Assembly: GCF_006345805.1 (NCBI RefSeq)
Contig: NW_021834710.1
Location: 1 to 63,012, forward strand
Length of the DNA stretch: 63,012 nt
DNA from: Octopus sinensis
Lineage: Eukaryota
Direction: 5' to 3'
The position numbers and the translations under genes were made by a program. Each line of letters begins with the position of its first letter. Position 1 is the first letter of the stretch. The notes beneath the pieces are model-generated. The model saw only the letters and a program-made list of their open reading frames with translations. It had not been told where the DNA came from and ran no database searches. Positions 24,510 to 36,188 of the stretch are shown piece after piece.

Positions 24510-25194
24510 AATGTAAATATGTAGTGTCAACATTCGAAATCCTGCTTCATTTCACATGAAATTTTTGATCCGCCAAAGTTGATTCGGTGTATAAGTCGAC
24601 CAACCTTTTATTCTCTGCCCCTTGCTCCGTTAATCTTGTATCTGACTGAAAAATTCGAATTGTATGCCACAAAATACAGTATGCAGGAGACCCAATATTA
24701 CCGCTCCCATAAAAGGGTCACCAAGCGTGTGTTGGCACACTCCTGCCTCGCCAAATTATTGGTCAAAGCTGAAGCTTCTAAGCTGGTAATTCTCACACTG
24801 GGGTCTATATGGCCTCTATGGGTCTACGCAAGAAAATAGTAAATTAGGGATCCATAATAATATTTTAAGGGACCCTGAAAAAAATTTGCTTTAGATGTAT
24901 GTATTGCAACAAACGGCTAAGTTTCTTTCTCTAACATTTTAGAAAGCCCAACCAAGTTAATGTACGAAAAACAAAATAGCAATTGATTGATTGATTGATT
25001 CTAGATTCAGCTCACAAATTTAAAAATTTGTGGGCAACCAGCCATGCGGGACGAGCTCACATCCCTTTGATTACCAGTCAAGTGCTTTACCAATTAAGCT
25101 AAACTGCCAAATGTTGAAAGAAGTTTGTATAAATCATCAAATGGTTATAGGAGCCCACTAGAATAAAATAGTACGCAAAGGGGTCCATTCTTAT

Positions 25195-25356
25195 ATTTGT
25201 TTCAGTCATTTGACTGCGGCCATGCTGGAGCATCGCCTTTAGTCGAACAAATTCTTTGTAAGCCTAGTGCTTATTCTATCGGTCTCTCTTGCCGAACCGC
25301 TAATTACGGGGGAACGTAAGACACCATCATCGGCTTCAGCAACGTTGGGGGGACAA

Positions 25357-25419
<63 letters not shown>

Positions 25420-25587
25420 ATATACGACGGACTTCTTTCAGTTTCCGTCTACCAAATCCACTCACAGGGCTTTGGTCGGCCCGAGGCTATAGTAGAAGAC
25501 ACTTGCCCAAGGTACCATGCAGTGGGACTGAACCCGGAACCATCAGGCTGCTAAGCAAGCTACTTACCACACAGCCACTCCTACGCC
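25195..25587 (-). mobile_element. SINE family A
   Basis: Homologous to 1213-1617 over its full length. Confidence 0.9.
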
Positions 25588-25947
25588 ATAGATAAGAAAT
25601 TGTTGAGAACCCCTCTAAGCCAACACTGGCACAGCAACTACAGTAACACAGAGAACCTGTCTATCATTAATCACCCTACGACTAGCACCTATACTGATAC
25701 CGCCTACCACTATGAATTCAACTATTCTTCTCATTTGTACCATCGTTGTGCTTGTAACCTTGAGATATGGAAAGACAAACCTCTGAAATTAGCAGCTTAA
25801 ACACGCTCTGCATATGATATGCTGATATGCCCTTACATATATAACATACATACATACCTACATACATGCAGGCATGTATACATACGTACGTACATAAACA
25901 TACATATACATACATATACATACATATACATACATATGCATATATAC

Positions 25948-25988
<41 letters not shown>

Positions 25989-26166
25989 ACACATATATAT
26001 ATATATACATATACACATATATACATATGTAGTACACACCATACACACACATACATATATATGTATATATATGCATACATATACATGTATATATATATAT
26101 TATATTACACACATATATATGTAATATATATATATAGATATATAGAAGAGAGAGAGAGAGAGATAC

Positions 26167-26247
<81 letters not shown>

Positions 26248-26409
26248 TATTATATATATATATATATAATGATACCTGTCGACGGCTGCTGAGGGGATAC
26301 CCTGCAGTGCAACCTAGATGTGTGTGTGTGTGTGTCTGTGCGTATGCGAACATGCATATGCATAAAAATACATACATATATGCTGTTGCTTCAAGGAGAC
26401 TGAAGCAGT

Positions 26410-26469
<60 letters not shown>

Positions 26470-26715
26470 GCACACATACTCACGCATGCTTACACACACA
26501 CACACACATACACACGCATACACACGCAGTTGCATATGTGTTTTAATACACATGTAACTTCACTTATTTAACCTAGACAGACATACGATTGTCTGCATAC
26601 GCATGCGTGACCTCAGTATTCGTAGCTTGCAGGTATGCGAATATCTGTTTGCATATTCTTAGATATTCTTATACACTCCATGAGTAAAAGAGATACATTC
26701 CATTTCTTAAGTAAT

Positions 26716-27024
26716 GCGCAGGAGTGGCTGTGTGGTAAGTAGCTTGCTTACCAGCCACATGGTCCTGGGTTCAGTTCCACTGCGTGGCACCTTGGGCAAG
26801 TGTCTTCTACTATAGCCTCGGGCCGACCAAAGCCTTGTGAGTGGATTTGGTAGACGGAATCTGAAAGAAGCCCGTCGTATATATGTATATATATATATAC
26901 AGGGTGTCCAAAAAAAATGTATACACATAGTGGTTCGGCAAAAGAACGATAGAATAAGTACTAGGCTTACAAAGAATAACAAATTTATAATTATTTAAGA
27001 TGTGTATACATTTTTTTGGGACAC

Positions 27025-27080
<56 letters not shown>

Positions 27081-27296
27081 CTTTGTGTGTCTGTGTTTGT
27101 CCCCCTAGCATTGCTTGACAACCGATGCTGGTGTGTTTATGTCCCCGTCACTTAGCGGTTCGGCAAAAGAGACCGATAGAATAAGTACTGGGCTTAACAA
27201 AAAGAATAAGTCCCGGGGTCGAGTTGCACGATTAAAGGCGGTGCTCCAGCATGGCCGCAGTCAAATGGCTGAAACAAGTAAAAGAGTAAAAGAGTA
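26716..27296 (+). mobile_element. SINE family A, interrupted in its (TA)n by a mini-MITE
   Basis: Head gcgcaggagtggctgtgtggtaag; tail gaaacaagtaaaagagtaaaagag. Confidence 0.92.
26900..27027. mobile_element. ~128-bp Tc1/mariner-type MITE
   Basis: TA-flanked TIRs cagggtgtccaaaaaaaatgtatacaca / tgtgtatacatttttttgggacaccc; same terminal motif as 8059-8707. Confidence 0.8.
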
Positions 27297-27604
27297 ATGT
27301 GGAGAAAGTCGTAGAATTCTGTATGCGCGCGTGTGTCTGTGTCTGTGTGTGTGTGGTGTGCATGTGTGTGTTTAGAATGGGATTTTGAAGGCTGTGTTCT
27401 TCGTTTTTGGCCTCATACTTCAGGACTTGACATTGGAACGATGCGAACGTCCTCTCTTTTGTCCTCTTTTCATTAATTTTGCTTTCGTTTCATTTTTTTT
27501 GTTTTTGTTTGTGATATTATTCTAATTGCTTTTTATCTCACACACTACGGACTTTCCCTCTTTCTCTCTCTCTCTCCCTCTCTCTTTTTTTCATTCTTTT
27601 TCTT

Positions 27605-27640
<36 letters not shown>

Positions 27641-27659
27641 ACCCTTGCATATATGTGTG

Positions 27660-27691
27660 TATTATTATTATCATCATCATCATCATCATCA

Positions 27692-27741
<50 letters not shown>

Positions 27742-27876
27742 ATAATAATAATGATAATAACGACGACAACACAACAATAATAATAATAATAAAACCATAA
27801 TTAATGATAATAATAATAATAACAATAATAATAATGATAATAATAATAATAATAATAATGATAATAATATAACAAC

Positions 27877-27914
<38 letters not shown>

Positions 27915-28123
27915 TAATAATGATAATATATAATAATAATAATAATAATATAATAATAATAATAATAATATAATAATGATAATAATAATATAATAATAAT
28001 AATAATAATATAATAATATAATAATAATAATAATAATAAGATAATAAATAATAATAATGATAATAATAATAATAATAATAATAATAATATAATGAATAAT
28101 AATAATAATAATAATAATAATGA

Positions 28124-28155
<32 letters not shown>

Positions 28156-28179
28156 TAATAAATAATAATAATAATAATG

Positions 28180-28215
<36 letters not shown>

Positions 28216-28271
28216 GATAATAATAATAATAAAATAATGATTAATATAATAATAATAATAATAATATAATG

Positions 28272-28310
<39 letters not shown>

Positions 28311-28392
28311 TAATAATAATAATAATAATATAATGATAATATAATAATAATAATAATAATAATAATGAATAATAATAATAATAATAATAATG

Positions 28393-28431
<39 letters not shown>

Positions 28432-28495
28432 TGATAATAATAAGAATAATAATAATGATAATAATAATAATAATAATGATAATAATAATAAAGAG
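27660..28495. repeat. ~830-bp (ATT)n/(AAT)n microsatellite with interruptions
   Basis: Direct inspection; source of the 304-aa poly-L/Y/I ORF. Confidence 0.95.
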
Positions 28496-28539
28496 TATGG
28501 AGACTTGTAGATCCACATAATTTATTTTATACCAATATG

Positions 28540-28993
28540 CAGCATGTTATAATGACCAGCATGTGTTTCTTCTGCAGCGACTATTCACTGTTGCAAATGG
28601 CCCCAAAGCCTTGTGAGTGGATTAGGCAGATGGAAACCGAAAGAAGACCGTCGTATATATGCGTGCGTGGCTGTACGCGTGTGTGTGGTGTGTGTGTGCT
28701 TGTGTATGCATGTGTGCATGCATTTATGTATGTGTGTATGCATGAAATCCCGTCGTATGTGTGTGTTTGTGTGAGTATCTATGTGTATGTACCTTTGTTT
28801 GTCCTCCACTCACTGCTTGGTGTTGGTGTGTTTACGTCCCTGTAAATTAGCGATTCGGCCCAGGAGATCGATGGAATAAGTACCAGGCTTTAAAAAAAAA
28901 ATAAGTCCTGGGGTCTATTTGTTTGACTAAACCCCTTCAAGTTGGTGCCCCTGCATGGCTGCAATCTAAGGACTGAAATAAGTAAAAGATAAG
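28540..28993 (+). mobile_element. SINE family A, diverged
   Basis: caaagccttgtgagtggat...ggaaaccgaaagaagaccgtcg...ggtgcccctgcatggctgca...agtaaaagataaga. Confidence 0.75.
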
Positions 28994-29018
28994 ATATATA
29001 TATAAATATATATGTATG

Positions 29019-29090
29019 TCCTCGGTAGTATAGTGGTAAGTATCCCCGCCTGTCACGCGGGAGACCGGGGTTCGATTCCCCGCCGGGGAG
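29019..29090 (+). tRNA. tRNA-Asp(GTC): tRNA-Asp, anticodon GTC, apparently intact
   Basis: TCCTCGGTAGTATAGTGGTAAGTATCCCCGCCTGTCACGCGGGAGACCGGGGTTCGATTCCCCGCCGGGGAG: 72 nt, paired acceptor stem TCCTCGG/CCGGGGA, anticodon arm CCCGC-CTGTCAC-GCGGG, T-loop TTCGATT, TTTT terminator at 29100-29103; close to the canonical metazoan tRNA-Asp. Confidence 0.97.
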
Positions 29091-29179
29091 GCATCGTAAT
29101 TTTATTGCAAATATTTTAATGGCGGTGCCCCAGCATGGCCACAGCTCATAAGCTGAAACTAGAATCAATCAATCAATCA

Positions 29180-29402
29180 TGTATGTGTATGTGTGTTTGT
29201 GTGTCTGTGTTTGTCCCCCCAACATCGCTTGACAACCGATGCTGGTATGTTTACGTCTCCATAACTTAGCGGTTCGGCAAAAGAGACCGAAAGAATAAGT
29301 ACTTGGCTTACAAAGAATAAGTCCTGAAGTCGATTTGCTCGACTAAAGGCGGTGCTCCAGCATGGCCACAGTCAAATGACTGAAACAAGTAAAAGAGTAA
29401 AA
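29180..29402 (+). mobile_element. SINE family A, 3' half
   Basis: gtttgtccccccaacatcgcttgacaaccgatgc...gaaacaagtaaaagagtaaaag. Confidence 0.9.
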
Positions 29403-29529
29403 GTGTATATGTGTGTGTGTATGTATACACACGCGCACTCACACATGCACTCACACATGCACATACACACACGTATATAGTCTTTTTCTATATTGCGTGT
29501 ATATGTATGTGTTGTGCATGTGTGTATGT

Positions 29530-29835
29530 ATTGGATGGAAGCACTCCGTCGGTTACGACGATGAGGGTTCCGGTTGATCCGAATCAACGGAACAGCCTGC
29601 TCGTGAAATTAACGTGTAAGTGGCTGAGCACTCCACAGTCACGTGTACCCTTAACGTAGTACTCGGGGATATTCAGCGTGACACAGAGAGTCACAAGGCC
29701 GGCCCTTTGAAGTACAGGTACAACAGAAACAGTAAGTAAGAGTGAGAGAAAGTTGTGGTGAAAAAGTACAGCGGGGTTCACCCCCCATCCCCGCCTTGTA
29801 GCGCGTAGGTGTTTTCGCTCAATAAACACTCACAA
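29530..29835 (-). mobile_element. SINE family B with tail type iii
   Basis: B central segment (gagtgagagaaagttgtgg...gtgttttcgctcaataaacactcac) joined to a tail unlike types i and ii. Confidence 0.7.
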
Positions 29836-30260
29836 TGCCCAACTTGTTTGGTTATACCTAATTGGTCACCCGGTTGTCACACGATCATCTAATACATTGT
29901 GTGTTCTTAGCGAAGCTTTCTCTGTTGCGAGCATTTGGGTTCGGTCACCGACATGAGGACCACTTCTCTCCTTTCTACCCGTCTCAGTAGTTCTGTAAAA
30001 GGTCTTGGACACTAGCTTCTCTCGTGACCAAACAGGAGATACAAAGACACTCTCAAGAAGACCTTAGAAACGTGTAACTTAAAACGGTGTACTCGGGGAC
30101 ATCTTGCTTAAGGACGCTCACTGTGGCGTAAACTTCTTTCATTTCACTCTATTTTAGTGCTCCTTCGCAATTTAAACCAGGTGTTTTGTATTAAATTTCT
30201 CGCATTATATGTGAATAAATACAATACCTATTCATACAGACGCTTGTATGTGCGTGTGTG

Positions 30261-30314
<54 letters not shown>

Positions 30315-30416
30315 TGTTTCGTCGTGATATAACAGCAAAGGATGTAAACATTGGTATTAATTCCATAAAGATTGCTGCCTCTATCTGCTCGATATTTGTT
30401 CCGCCCTGTGTTACAG

Positions 30417-30450
30417 ATACTCCCTTGTCTCGGTCACCAACTGAATCTCA
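30417..30450 (+). CDS. Candidate 34-nt exon (xTPLSRSPTESx)
   Basis: ccctgtgttacag| and |gtgagc; the same island also offers minus-strand splice-compatible readings, so ambiguous. Confidence 0.22.
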
Positions 30451-30639
30451 GTGAGCCTGTGATTTGGCCCGTTGGAAGTCTGTAACCAACGACGCTATAG
30501 TTCACAAACTGTGATATGAAACAATCAAAATTAATAACTCGAATGCATGCACCAGGTTGTGGCGGCGATGGTGGTGGCGATGGTGGTGGCGGTGGTGTTT
30601 GCGGTTCTGGTGCTTACAGTTGAGAAAATGGAGGAGAAT

Positions 30640-31290
30640 GGGTGATCTGTCTGTGACCCGAGTCCATGACCCAGTTCTAGTTGACAGTTGAAACAGTGGC
30701 GTTCTTATATTTCACCCTTACGTCACTGATGTCCTTCAGAATGAAAGAGACAAAAAAAGAAGAACAAAGAACCAATGCGTCTCTCATTTATTCCATTGTA
30801 TATGGTATATGAATGACCTTCCCTTCTGTTCTACAGCTGTGCAATTTCTAACAGAAGCAAGTTCCAGCTTTACTTTGGATTCTTTACGACGTGTCGCACA
30901 TGTTGACTTTTCACAGTTTAAGAAAGAGAACATCTGAGTTTCAATGATGTAGGGAGAAAGACGGGGAGGGGGGAGAGAGGGGCAGCTGATAGACAGACAT
31001 CAATTGAGAGAAAGAGTGAGAGAGAGAGAGAGAGAGAGCGCGGGGGGAAGATAGACAGGCATCAAGAGAGAGAGAGAGAGAGAGGAACTTGCTAGCTTTC
31101 TGTGACCCGAGTCTGCGAGTCTACCAATTCTAACATATCATTTTACATCACTGATGTCCTTCAGAAAGAAGAACAAAAAAGCAAAAGAAAAAAAACTAAC
31201 AACAAAAACCAGAGCAGAACAAAAAAACCTTGTATATTTCTCATTTACCTTATTGTATATATAAGTCAGTGACCTTCTACAGCTGTGCTT
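30640..31290. repeat. Old local duplication (30640-30850 / 31095-31290) with patchy conservation
   Basis: Shared blocks ctgtgacccgagtc, ttac(g/a)tcactgatgtccttcagaa, ctcattta, tgacctt...ctacagctgtgc. Confidence 0.8.
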
Positions 31291-31816
31291 TCCATGAACT
31301 TTTGTGGTGAATATCGGTTTCTATCTTAGATAACAGATCACGCATTTTCAAGTAGGGTACATTCAGTTAATTCGACCGCACGTGTGACTTGTGTGTGTTT
31401 TATAGTACTGAAAAAAAAAAAAAAAACATTATTCGAAGAGGAATTTAAACCTTTTGGTACCAACACGCCTGAATCTACCCTTGGTTCCATGATACAAACT
31501 TTTTTTTGTTTTAAAGTAATATAAATTAAAAACTTCCATCAAAAAATTCCATCAATATTTTGAGTTCATTTATATTCCAAACGTCGAGGCGCGTGGCTTA
31601 GTGGTCAGGGTGTCAGCAGCATGATCGTAAGCTTGTGGTTTCGATTCCTGGATCGGGCGACGCGTTGTGTTCTTGAGCAAAACACTTCATTTCACGTTGC
31701 TCCTGTACACTCAGCTGGCAAAAACGAGTAACGCTGCGATGGACTGGCGTCCCGTCCAGCTGGGAAATACATACGCCATGATTGAAAGAAAATGGGGTGT
31801 ATGTATCATATATATT

Positions 31817-32062
31817 AGGGCGGCGAGCTGGCAGAATCGTTAGCATGCCGGGCGAAATACGTTACTGTATTTCGTCTGTCTTTACGTTCTGAGTTTATGT
31901 TCTGAGTTCAAATTCTACCGAGGTCGACTTTGCCTTTCATCCTTTCGGGGTCGATTAAATAAGTACCAGTTACGCACTGGGGTCGATGTAATCGACTTAA
32001 TCCCTTTGTCTGTCCTTGTTTGTCCCCTTTGTGTCTAGCCCCTTGTGGGTAGTAAAGAAATT
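31817..32062 (+). mobile_element. SINE family C
   Basis: ggcggcgagctggcagaatcgttagcatgccgggcgaaat...ccccttgtgggtagtaaagaaat. Confidence 0.9.
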
Positions 32063-32515
32063 GTATATGTATCATATATGGTGCATGGATATCAAGGAAA
32101 TATGCCTTGCGGATCACATTTGATACACAGGACAAACAAATAGTTAATAATCCTTTCTATTAAAGGCACAAGGCCTGAAATATTGGGGGAGTGGGATAAT
32201 GGGATTATATCGACCCTATTGTTTAACTGGTACTTATTTAATCGACCCCGAAAGGATGAAAGGCAAAGTCGACTTCGGCTGAATATGAACTCAGATCGTA
32301 ATGACGGACTAAATTTTGCCGCTATGCATTTTGCCCGGAGTGCTAACCATTCAGCCAGCTCGCCGCCTTAGAAGCAACCAGTTAATGATGATTATTATTT
32401 TATTGAATTCTTCATTATTTTCGAAGTTAACTGAAATAGAGGCAAGATATTTCAACAGAAATATGGCAACAAAAGGGAACTTAGGATGCAACTGGACCAA
32501 ATAAAATGCACTTGC

Positions 32516-32797
32516 GGAGGCACATGGCCTAGTGGTTAGAGCAGCGGACTCGCGATCGAGGGATCGCGGGTTCGAATCTCAGACCGGGCGATGTGTGTGT
32601 TTATGAGCGAAACACCTAAGCTCCATGCGGCTCCGGCAGAAGGTAATGGCGAACTTCTGCCACAACTTTCTCTTTCACTCTTTCCTCCTGCATCTTGCAG
32701 CTCACCTGCGACGGACCGGCGTCCCGTCCAGGTGGGGAACCTATATGCCAAGGAAACCGGGAAACCGGCCCCTATGAACCAGGTGTGCCTCGAGAAG
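32516..32797 (+). mobile_element. SINE family B, tail type i
   Basis: Near-identical to 11599-11895. Confidence 0.92.
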
Positions 32798-33108
32798 GAA
32801 CAAACAAACAAAATTCACTTGGCATTTTGGGTACAGATCTTACTACTCCATCATTCAATGCCGCATTAAGGAAGATTCAACCTTGGTCCTTAAACACATA
32901 AAATCTTCGAATCATATCAAAAGTCACATTAGATAATGTAGTCCCAGATATACTGTGGTTAATGCGTTGTACTCTCGAGCGTATGATCGGGATTTCGATT
33001 CCTGAACCGTGCGGAGAATCGTGGTCTTGAGCAAAGTTCTTCATTTCTCGTTGTTTCAATGCAGCCAATTCCTTTTTATAGAATAATCTGACTGAATTAA
33101 TTACTAAG

Positions 33109-33590
33109 ATGTATGTATCGAAGGAGCATTTGTTGCTTGTCCCTTCTCGAGTCACGCCTGGCTCATAAGGGCCGGTTTCCCCGGTTTCCTTGGAGTATAG
33201 GTTCTCCACCTGGACGGGACGCCGGTCCATCGTGAGGGAGCTGCAAGATGCGGGAGGAAAGAGTGAGGGAAAGTTGTGGCGAAAGAGTCAGCAGAAGTTC
33301 GCCATTACCTTCTGCTGGAACTGTGTGGAGCTTAGGTGTTTCGCTCATAAACACACACATCGCCCGGTCTGAGATTCGAACCCGCGATCCCTCGACCGCG
33401 AGTTCGCTGCTCTAACCACTAGGCCATGTGCCTCCACGAAGGAGCATTTAAGGCACATAATGCTTAATGAGTTCAAAAAAGGAAACAGTACAGTAGAAAC
33501 AACCCGGAATATCCATTCTGTTTATGGGGAAGAGTGCTTGAACGAAAGAAGTTACCGAAGATGATTTGCGAAGTTCACGTCTCTGTAACT
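33109..33590 (+). pseudogene. Mariner transposase N-terminus interrupted by a SINE
   Basis: After removing the SINE and one TSD: MYVSKEHLRHIMLNEFKKGNSTVETTRNIHSVYGEECLNERSYRR*FAKF (mariner HTH). Confidence 0.85.
33132..33436 (-). mobile_element. SINE family B, tail type i, with 13-bp TSD
   Basis: TSD cgaaggagcattt at 33119-33131 and 33437-33449. Confidence 0.95.
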
Positions 33591-33914
33591 TAACGGTTTA
33601 GCGAAAAGCGCCGATAAAATAAGTAGCAGGTTTAGATTTAAAAAATTGAATATTGGGATCGATTCGTTCGACTAAAATTCTTTAAGGCGGTACCCCAGTA
33701 TGGCCGCAGTCTGATGACTGATACAAGTAAATCATAAAAGATATATAGGTGCTGAAATGGCTGCGTGGTTAAGGAGCTCGGTTTGCAACCACGTGGTTTT
33801 GGGTGCAGTCCGGCTGCATGACACATTAGGACCCCGGTCTGCCCCCGGTCGACCAGTGCATGCAAGTAAGTTTGGTAGACGAAAACGGAAACTATGCAAG
33901 CCCATAGTATATAT

Positions 33915-34070
33915 ATTTCTTTATTGCCCACAAGGGGCTAAACATAGAGAGGACAAACAAGGACAGACAAAGGGATTAAGTCGATTACATCGACCCCAGT
34001 GCGAAACTGGTACTTTTATTTATCGACCCCGAAAGGATGAAAGGCAAAGTCGACCTCGGCGGAATTTGAA
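33915..34070 (-). mobile_element. SINE family C body unit
   Basis: cccacaaggggctaaacatagagaggacaaac...gtcgacctcggcggaatttgaac. Confidence 0.9.
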
Positions 34071-34088
34071 CAAGCCCATAGTATATAT

Positions 34089-34135
<47 letters not shown>

Positions 34136-35238
34136 TATGCATATGTTTATGTCTTTGCGCTTGTGTGTGTCTTCCAACACCGCTTGACAAACGGTGTTGG
34201 TGTGTTTACGTCCGCGTAACGTTAGAGTTAATGCCAGACTTTAAAAATAGATTTGTTAAGCAAACCCTTCGAAGCGATGCCCAAGCATGGCCGCAGATCA
34301 ATGGTTGAAACAAGTGAGAAGAAAAACTATATAATGTATAGTATACAACAACCATAAACGTATTCATTGTATAGGCCTAACAAAAATCCAAAGAAAGTAC
34401 TTGGGTCATTTCTGAAGGTGATGCCCCAGTATGACCGCAGTCTACTGAATGAAACAAGTAAAATATAAAAGATGTGTGTGTGATAAGTGTCTGTACGTTT
34501 GTGCGTGCGTATGTATATGTGTGTGTATATGTGTGCGTATGTATGTGTGTGTGTATATGTGTGCGTATGTATATGTGTGTGTATGAATATGACTGAAATA
34601 GAGGCAAGATATTTCAACAGAAATATGGTAGCAAAAGGGATCATAGAATGCAACTGGACCAAATAAAATGCACTTTTGGAGGCACATGGCCTAGTGGTTA
34701 GAGCAGCGGACTCGCGGTCGAGGGATCGCGGGTTCGAATCTCAGACCGGGCGATGTATGTGCTTATGTTTTCTTTTATTCTTTTACTCGCTTCAGTCACT
34801 TGACTGCGACCATGCTGGAGCACCGTGTTAAAGGGTTATAGTAAAAAAAATCGACCCCAGGATTATTCTTTGTAAACCTAGTACTTATTCTATCGTTCTC
34901 TTTTGCCGAACCGCTAGAATACTGGGACATAATCACACCAGCATCGGTTGTCAAGCTGGACAAACAAAGGACACACGCACACACAAATAAATACATACAT
35001 ATATGTTTTTTCCTTCTTTTAAATGGATAAAAAGAACATGCTTTATATATACCTATTATTTAAGGGAATTTCATTCCCCCAAAATACAAGGTATTGAACC
35101 AGTATTTCCTTGAATTCAACCATCTTTTCATGGGGTTAACATATCCTTTAATTTATATATATATATATCGAAGTAAGCACATAAATGTGAAAAAAGGTGG
35201 AAAAAAGAGTACTCAAATACCAGCAGTAGAGTAATATG

Positions 35239-35399
35239 CTTTATTTAAAAGCAGCAGAAATATAACAAAAGCTGTTACTCAGAGTTTCACGTTCGTTGGA
35301 CAGTTTTGTTAAAAAAGATTTTAACAAAACTGTCCGACGAAGGGAACGTGAAACTCTGAGTAATAGCTTTTTGTTATATTTCTGCTACTTTTAATAAAG
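35239..35399. mobile_element. 160-bp foldback of a hammerhead-bearing repeat
   Basis: ~76-bp inverted arms around aaga; plus arm ctgt CCGACGA AG GGAA CGT GAAA CTC T GAG TA atag (35330-35366). Confidence 0.8.
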
Positions 35400-36188
35400 T
35401 ATATATATATAATATAGTATATATATTATATTATAATATATATATATATATACACACACACACCCGACTGGCTTCTTTTAATTTCCGAATTTCCGTCTAC
35501 CAAATCCACTCACAAGCCTTTGGTTTGCCCGAGTCTATAGTAGAAGACACTTTCCCAATGTGTCACGTAGTGGGACTGAACCCAGAACCATGTGGTTTGG
35601 AAGTAAGCTTCTTACCACACGACCACGCCTGCGCCTATGTATGTTTGTGTGTGTGTGGTTGTAAGTGTGTATGTATGTATTGATAGTCATACATTTATAA
35701 ATGTGTGCATGTGTGTATGTGTATTTAAATTGCTTTCTTTTTCTCTCTTTATTTACACCATTTTAGTTTTTTTTCTCATCCTGCCGGTCTCTTCTTAATC
35801 ACGTTGCTACACGTGCTTGTCCACGCGCTTTCGTGTCAGTGTAAATTAAATAAGACAAACCTTTAAGCGTGTTTTGTTTTTTACATTTTGCCCAATACAT
35901 GGAGTGGCCATGCAGTCCAAAGGAGATAAGTGTATTTTTCCTATTGTTAGCGTAACCCTAAGTCAGTGAGAATTAGAACATTGAGATGCCATCACTCATG
36001 TTTCGGTTCACTACTAATTCTTTCTGCTAATTTTAACACAAATCTAACGAGTTTTAGGGGAGAGGGCTAGTCGAAACCCTCTACAAAATCACTTTGAAGT
36101 ATTTTTCAGTAAGTGTTTATGAAATATTGAATTTGTATTTTCTCTATAAAATATCTTTCATCTTTTATTTGTTTCAGTCATTCGAGGC

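Noticed and set aside
27604-28518. 304-aa ORF, the longest in the track
   Set aside because: Translation of an (ATT)n microsatellite
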